Positions 27,171 to 32,336 of a stretch of 32,336 nt of DNA are shown here, piece by piece (the stretch's first letter is position 1; every line of letters begins with the position of its first letter). The position numbers and the translations under genes were made by a program. The stretch lies in IMG/VR virus record IMGVR_UViG_2974787824_000001, positions 1 through 32,336 of that record; one strand, given 5' to 3'. Below the pieces are notes generated by a model, which saw nothing but the letters and a program-made list of their open reading frames with translations, was not told the DNA's origin and searched no databases. This stretch comes from a virus (lineage: Duplodnaviria > Heunggongvirae > Uroviricota > Caudoviricetes > Peduoviridae).

Positions 27171-27395
27171 ATGCATACAGTTTCTGAAAATCAGTGCGGT
27201 AAATACGCATTACTGCTGCAACAGGCCAGAACCGAAGCACAGGCCGACGCAGCGACGCGCTTTTCTTCTCATCTTGACGCCATGATTCGCCATATCACAA
27301 AGGCGGAGTTATCCCGCGTGGAGATAGTCGAGCTGCTCAGTCAGGAGTCGGAAAAATTTCACAATATCGGATTGTCTCGCGGGGAGGTGCTTTGA
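27171..27395 (+). CDS. Small early protein (P2 orf80-position)
   Basis: ATG at 27171 preceded by GGAG; 74-aa product in the early operon between B and A. Confidence 0.6.
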   Translation: MHTVSENQCGKYALLLQQARTEAQADAATRFSSHLDAMIRHITKAELSRVEIVELLSQESEKFHNIGLSRGEVL

Positions 27396-27697
27396 TGTCC
27401 TGTTCTCATTCAGTTGTATTACTGAATAACGCCTTAAAAATCGCCGTTATGAAAAATGGCGATTTGTCTCTTATTCAACTTGGTATTGATAAAGAAAAAC
27501 GCGAAATAACTGAGTCTGTTATCGCGATTTATCAGAACGAATTAAACCTCCTGTCTGATGTGGTCAATTTACTTGTTAAACGCGCTGTATTTCACAAGCA
27601 AATTTCCTCCGTGGATGAACTGACAAAATTAACGACAGAAATCGCCAGCTATTGCGCTGATGAATTTAAGAAACTGAACGATAAAAGGAGCTGGTAA
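27395..27697 (+). CDS. Small early protein (P2 orf81-position)
   Basis: ATG at 27395 preceded by GGGAGG; 100 aa; overlaps the previous stop. Confidence 0.6.
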   Translation: MSCSHSVVLLNNALKIAVMKNGDLSLIQLGIDKEKREITESVIAIYQNELNLLSDVVNLLVKRAVFHKQISSVDELTKLTTEIASYCADEFKKLNDKRSW

Positions 27698-27921
27698 TGC
27701 CGGACAACGTGGATTTTATTCAGGAACAACAGGCTGAATTACTGGAGCGCCAGATTAACGCGGCAAGGGTAAAACATTGCGGTACTTCTGCGCTGGTTTG
27801 CGAAGAGTGTGATGCGCCAATACCTGCTGCCCGTCGTGCGGCTTATCCGTCAGCCACGCGTTGTGTTTCCTGCCAGTCAGTCTTTGAAGCAAAAAACAAA
27901 CATTACCGGAGAATGGCATGA
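27697..27921 (+). CDS. DksA/TraR-family C4 zinc-finger protein (P2 orf82-position)
   Basis: 74-aa product with CEEC-(17 aa)-CVSC, the C4 arrangement typical of the DksA/TraR zinc-finger family; AAGGAG precedes the start. Confidence 0.7.
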   Translation: MPDNVDFIQEQQAELLERQINAARVKHCGTSALVCEECDAPIPAARRAAYPSATRCVSCQSVFEAKNKHYRRMA

Positions 27922-28193
27922 GTATTCGTATTGAAATTGGCGAACGTTATGTCGTTACCAGTGACAGCTTTCAGTTTATTCTCCACGAGAAAAAGAGAGC
28001 TGAAAGCGGTAAAAACGCCGGTCAGGAATGGCTGGCGGTGGTTGGTTATTACCCGAAATTAAGCCAGCTCGTTTCCGGCCTGATGCATCACGATATTCTG
28101 ACCGGAAGCGCAAAGTCTTTTGCTGATTTAAACGCGCAGGTTGAGCAACTCAGCAAGCGTTGTTCAGAGGCTTTTGGCTCATATGGCCGTTAA
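27918..28193 (+). CDS. Small early protein (P2 orf83-position)
   Basis: 91-aa ORF overlapping the previous stop; its stop overlaps the A start region. Confidence 0.6.
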   Translation: MSIRIEIGERYVVTSDSFQFILHEKKRAESGKNAGQEWLAVVGYYPKLSQLVSGLMHHDILTGSAKSFADLNAQVEQLSKRCSEAFGSYGR

Positions 28194-30489
28194 AGCCTCC
28201 GGGCGTTTTGTCCCTCCGTCAGCATTTGCCGCAGGCACCGGTGAGACGTTTACCGGTGCTTATGCATGGAACGCGCCACGCGAGGCCGTCGGGCGCGAAA
28301 GACCCCTTACACGTGACGAGATGCGTCAGGTGCAAGGTGTTTTATCCACGATTAATCGCCTGCCTTACTTTTTGCGCTCGCTGTTTACTTCACGCTATGA
28401 CTACATCCGGCGCAATAAAAGTCCGGTACACGGGGTTTATTTCCTCACATCCACTTTTCAGCGTCGTTTATGGCCGCGCATTGAGCGTGTGAATCAGCGC
28501 CATGAAATGAACACCGACGCGTCGTTACTGTTTCTGGCAGAGCGTGACCACTATGCGCGCCTGCCGGGAATGAATGACAAGGAGCTGAAAAAGTTTGCCG
28601 CCCGTATCTCATCGCAGCTTTTCATAATGTATGAGGAACTCTGCGATGCCTGGGTGGATGCGCATGGCGAGAAAGAATCGCTGTTTACGGATGAGGCGCA
28701 GGCTCACCTGTATGGTCATGTTGCTGGCGCTGCACGTGCTTTCAATATTTCCCCGCTCTACTGGAAAAAATACCGTAAAGGGCAGATGACCACGAGGCAG
28801 GCATATTCTGCCATTGCCCGTCTGTTTAACGATGAGTGGTGGACTCATCAGCTTAAAGGCCAGCGTATGCGCTGGCATGAGGCGTTACTGATTGCTGTCG
28901 GGGAGGTCAATAAAGACCGTTCTCCTTATGCCAGTAAACATGCCATTCGTGATGTGCGTGCGCGCCGCCAGGCAAATCTGGAATTTCTTAAATCGTGTGA
29001 CCTTGAAAACAAGGAAACCGGCGAGCGCATCGACCTTATCAGTAAGGTGATGGGCAGTATTTCTAATCCCGAAATTCGCCGGATGGAGCTGATGAACACC
29101 ATCGCCGGTATTGAGCGTTACGCTGCCGCAGAGGGTGATGTGGGGATGTTTATCACGCTGACCGCGCCGTCAAAGTATCACCCGACACGTCAGGTCAGAA
29201 AAGGCGAAAGTAAAACCGTCCAGCTAAATCACGGCTGGAATGATGAGGCATTTAATCCAAAGGATGCGCAGCGTTATCTCTGCCGTATCTGGAGCCTGAT
29301 GCGCACGGCATTCAAGGATAATGATTTACAAGCCTACGGTTTGCGTGTTGTTGAACCACACCACGACGGAACGCCGCACTGGCATATGATGCTTTTTTGT
29401 AATCCACGCCAGCGTAACCAGATTATTGAAATCATGCGTCGCTATGCGCTCAAAGAGGATGGCGACGAAAGAGGAGCCGCGCGAAACCGTTTTCAGGCAA
29501 AACACCTTAACCGGGGCGGTGCTGCGGGATATATCGCGAAATACATTTCAAAAAACATCGATGGCTATGCACTGGATGGTCAGCTCGATAACGACACCGG
29601 CAGGCCGCTGAAAGACACTGCCGCGGCTGTTACCGCATGGGCGTCAACGTGGCGCATTCCGCAATTTAAAACGGTTGGCCTGCCGACAATGGGGGCTTAC
29701 CGTGAACTACGCAAATTGCCTCGCGGCGTCAGCATTGCTGATGAGTTTGACGAACGCGTCGAGGCTGCACGCGCTGCCGCAGACAGTGGCGATTTTGCGC
29801 TGTATATCAGCGCGCAGGGTGGGGCAAATGTCCCGCGCGATTGTCAGACTGTCAGGGTCGCCCGTAGTCCGTCGGATGAAGTTAACGAGTACGAGGAAGA
29901 AGTCGAGAGAGTGGTCGGCATTTACGCGCCGCATCTCGGCGCGCGTCATATTCATATCACCAGAACGACGGACTGGCGCATTGTGCCGAAAGCTCCGGTC
30001 GTTGAGCCTTTGACTTTAAAAAGCGGCATCGCCGCGCCTCGGAGTCCTGTCAATAACTGTGGAAAGCTCACCGGTGGTGATACTTCGTTACCGGCTCCCA
30101 CACCTTCTGAACACGCCGCAGCAGTGCTTAATCTGGTTGATGACGGTGTTATCGAATGGAATGACCCGGAGGTCGTGAGGGCGCTCAGGGGCGCATTAAA
30201 ACACGGCCTGAGAACACCAAACCGTCAGCAAAGAAACGGAAGCCCGTTAAAACCGAATGAAATAGCGCCATCGGCCAGGCTGACCCGGTCGGAGCGTATG
30301 CAAATTACCCGTATCCGTGTTGACCTTGCTCAGAACGGCATCTGGCCTCAGCGATGGGAACTTGAGGCGCTGGCGCGTGGCGCGACCGTAAATTATGACG
30401 GGAAAAAATTCACGTATCCGGTCACTGATGAGTGGCCGGGATTCTCAACAGTAATGGAGTGGACATCATGGCAAAAATTCACGAGGTAA
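28183..30489 (+). CDS. A: Replication initiation protein A (rolling-circle HUH endonuclease, P2 gpA-like)
   Basis: Start at ATG 28183 (MAVKASGRF...) gives 768 aa; contains the HUH motif (GTPHWHMMLF) and a catalytic tyrosine cluster (GYIAKYISKN) typical of P2 A-type initiators. Confidence 0.92.
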   Translation: MAVKASGRFVPPSAFAAGTGETFTGAYAWNAPREAVGRERPLTRDEMRQVQGVLSTINRLPYFLRSLFTSRYDYIRRNKSPVHGVYFLTSTFQRRLWPRIERVNQRHEMNTDASLLFLAERDHYARLPGMNDKELKKFAARISSQLFIMYEELCDAWVDAHGEKESLFTDEAQAHLYGHVAGAARAFNISPLYWKKYRKGQMTTRQAYSAIARLFNDEWWTHQLKGQRMRWHEALLIAVGEVNKDRSPYASKHAIRDVRARRQANLEFLKSCDLENKETGERIDLISKVMGSISNPEIRRMELMNTIAGIERYAAAEGDVGMFITLTAPSKYHPTRQVRKGESKTVQLNHGWNDEAFNPKDAQRYLCRIWSLMRTAFKDNDLQAYGLRVVEPHHDGTPHWHMMLFCNPRQRNQIIEIMRRYALKEDGDERGAARNRFQAKHLNRGGAAGYIAKYISKNIDGYALDGQLDNDTGRPLKDTAAAVTAWASTWRIPQFKTVGLPTMGAYRELRKLPRGVSIADEFDERVEAARAAADSGDFALYISAQGGANVPRDCQTVRVARSPSDEVNEYEEEVERVVGIYAPHLGARHIHITRTTDWRIVPKAPVVEPLTLKSGIAAPRSPVNNCGKLTGGDTSLPAPTPSEHAAAVLNLVDDGVIEWNDPEVVRALRGALKHGLRTPNRQQRNGSPLKPNEIAPSARLTRSERMQITRIRVDLAQNGIWPQRWELEALARGATVNYDGKKFTYPVTDEWPGFSTVMEWTSWQKFTR

Positions 30490-30920
30490 AGCTGCACGCA
30501 AAATATTTCGACCTTGTGCTGGAAGGAAAGAAACGTGCAGAGTTTCGGAAAAATGACCGTAATTATGAGCGCGGGGACACGCTGATTTTGCATGAATGGG
30601 TGCAGGGTGTGTTTACGGGGCGAAAGGTTGAAGCCCGGGTAACAGATGTTACTGACCTGTCAGACTGGCTGGAAGATTATGTCTTGCTAAGTATTGAGCT
30701 GCTTAATACAAGCGCATATGAGATTGTGAACTGGAAAGAACTTAGTGAGCGTGGTCTGGTATTCAGAATTAATCATGAAATTATGCATCAGCTCGGCCTT
30801 GCTGTTATGTATGAACCAGAGACGGGGATGTCTGGCGGGGCAATGGTTGCCACGGATGGAGCATGGAACTATTCAGATGAACAGATTGAGAGTGCAAAGC
30901 AAAACGGGTGGCTTGGATAA
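30468..30920 (+). CDS. ASCH/PUA-like small protein (DUF3850-like; P2 orf91-position)
   Basis: Start at ATG 30468 (MAKIHEVKLHAKYFDLVLEGKKRAEFRKNDRNYERGDTLILHEW...); this N-terminal pattern matches what I recall of the ASCH-like DUF3850 family; overlaps the 3' end of A. Confidence 0.6.
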   Translation: MAKIHEVKLHAKYFDLVLEGKKRAEFRKNDRNYERGDTLILHEWVQGVFTGRKVEARVTDVTDLSDWLEDYVLLSIELLNTSAYEIVNWKELSERGLVFRINHEIMHQLGLAVMYEPETGMSGGAMVATDGAWNYSDEQIESAKQNGWLG

Positions 30921-31126
30921 TGCACGGAATACCAGGCGAGATACCGCAACATAACACTAAAAATATCAAGCTGATGGCTATTGTTCACCGTCTACAGCAG
31001 ATTATGGTCAACGAAAATCTGACGCCTGACGAGCTGGTCGGGTGTGCTGAAATAGTCCGGGATAATTACGGGCGGTTTAACTATATCGGTCAGTCCAGAG
31101 TTGCGCCACCACCACGCAGACGATAG
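30920..31126 (+). CDS. Small hypothetical protein
   Basis: 68-aa ORF whose ATG overlaps the preceding stop (ATGA), suggesting translational coupling; no recognisable motif. Confidence 0.4.
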   Translation: MHGIPGEIPQHNTKNIKLMAIVHRLQQIMVNENLTPDELVGCAEIVRDNYGRFNYIGQSRVAPPPRRR

Positions 31127-31199
31127 AGAACGCCGCCAGTCGTGAAACTTGTTTTCAGGGCTGGCGGGGTTGAACAACGAGCGAAGTGAGGCGTTAGCA

Positions 31200-32141
31200 T
31201 TAAGTTAATTTTAATGAATGGTACTCTATCGAGCTGATTGTAGATGCGATATATTTACGATCATTTACAGAGAGTATTGCCGCTAGTAGACGACATACCA
31301 GAGCCTGCATTTGTAGCAATATATCGCTACCATATTGACAATCATTGATACTAGAGAAACCAAGCGGTTGCCCATTAAAAATGGCTTCATGAAAATTATC
31401 ATTGCGTATAACTGAAACATTACATTCATCTGTTGCCCATGACGGGATTTTTACACCGTAATTTTCGCACATCCAATATACTCTATTTTGATGAGATGGT
31501 TTTTTCTCTTTAATGACTTTATCCCTTTCATCCCATGCTATAGCAAAACAGCAATCAAGAGCCATATAAAGATACTGGAATTTCTCAAAGGAAAGGTATA
31601 GTGGGTTATGTGATAGGAATAGGGAGTGTATCACCGCAGCTATTCTTTTAATGGAGCGATCATCTTTTTGTTTGTCTTTTATATAGTTAAGTGCTAGCTC
31701 TATTACTTCTTTTTCAGAGCATCCAACGAGAATAAAGTCAGTTAACTTAGTGGGCTTGATAGTGGTTGCATCAAGAAAACCAGCGTCAGTGGTTGTCAAT
31801 CTTATACCCTTGAAAAAAGAGAGGCACCACACAACAAAGTTGAGAGTTTCTAACGAGGATGTGTTTTTTAATTTTAGTGTGTGCGTTTTGGGCATGCCGA
31901 ATACTCGGTAACTATAAGGCATTGTGCATGTGTCACCATTAAGGTTATATACCTTTCGATTCCCAGGGTATATCCAACCATTAACAACGTTTTTATCATT
32001 GTTAATACGTTCCACTTTCTCAATAAGACCGGGTAAAGTACGCAAAGAAAATTGTTCAGTCTCAATGTTAACTTCTACTGGATAGTATCCAAACTCCGAA
32101 ATAATCTCATTTGGTTGCTGTTCATCAACTTCACCTTGCAT
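31200..32141 (-). CDS. Hypothetical protein; AT-rich cargo gene at the tin/old position - candidate anti-phage defence protein
   Basis: 313-aa leftward ORF next to the right genome end, where P2 carries tin and old. AT-rich with A/T-biased codons. No Walker A motif, so not an Old-type ATPase; no motif recognised by eye. Confidence 0.75.
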   Translation of the reverse strand: MQGEVDEQQPNEIISEFGYYPVEVNIETEQFSLRTLPGLIEKVERINNDKNVVNGWIYPGNRKVYNLNGDTCTMPYSYRVFGMPKTHTLKLKNTSSLETLNFVVWCLSFFKGIRLTTTDAGFLDATTIKPTKLTDFILVGCSEKEVIELALNYIKDKQKDDRSIKRIAAVIHSLFLSHNPLYLSFEKFQYLYMALDCCFAIAWDERDKVIKEKKPSHQNRVYWMCENYGVKIPSWATDECNVSVIRNDNFHEAIFNGQPLGFSSINDCQYGSDILLQMQALVCRLLAAILSVNDRKYIASTISSIEYHSLKLT

Positions 32142-32253
32142 AACTTTCTCCGTTCAAAAACAGGCACGATAATTCTCGTAAGCCTATCATGTTCGCAAAG
32201 TATCCATACCTGTGGATTTTGTAAATTTAAGTTGATTTGTCATTAAATAAGCC

Positions 32254-32265
32254 GTTGCATGCAAC
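32254..32265. promoter_or_regulatory. 12-bp perfect palindrome upstream of the 313-aa cargo gene (candidate operator)
   Basis: GTTGCATGCAAC is its own reverse complement; lies about 115 bp upstream of the cargo start on the minus strand, with a second TTGCATGC copy at 32278-32285. Confidence 0.3.
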
Positions 32266-32336
32266 AAGTGAATGTTTTTGCATGCGTCGGGGATGTCCGT
32301 TCAGGCTGCGTGCGGTCAGGACTGGTGCGGATCCAT

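Noticed and set aside
31200-32141. Identification of the right-end cargo gene as P2 old or tin
   Set aside because: The product is 313 aa with no Walker A/P-loop, whereas Old is a much longer ATPase/TOPRIM protein and Tin differs in size and sequence as I recall them; treated as distinct cargo instead.
1-32336. tRNA, rRNA or CRISPR arrays
   Set aside because: No cloverleaf-like conserved tRNA stretches and no regularly spaced short direct repeats were seen; the only tandem repeat is the coding repeat in H.

Overview
The window is an almost complete P2-like temperate phage genome (Peduovirus-type, enterobacterial) in virion (cos-linear) gene order, spanning the capsid/packaging, lysis, baseplate, tail fibre, tail and lysogeny/replication modules. 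Structural and replication proteins are close to what I recall of coliphage P2, while int, C and cox are P2-type but clearly diverged (probably heteroimmune). All protein identifications are from memory of the P2 family; no database search was run. Three AT-rich leftward genes sit at the classical P2 accessory positions, interrupting otherwise GC-rich rightward operons: a 261-aa membrane protein at the S/V (orf30) position, a 449-aa protein at the G/FI (Z/fun) position, and a 313-aa protein at the tin/old position after A/orf91. I could not assign a fold or motif to any of them by eye; the 449-aa and 313-aa genes are the best candidates for undescribed anti-phage (superinfection exclusion or abortive infection) functions. 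Other signals include a 132-bp tandem repeat in tail fibre gene H, the E/E' -1 frameshift, the embedded lysB/lysC spanin pair, a motif shared upstream of O and FI, and several hairpins and palindromes. No rRNA, tRNA or CRISPR array was recognised.
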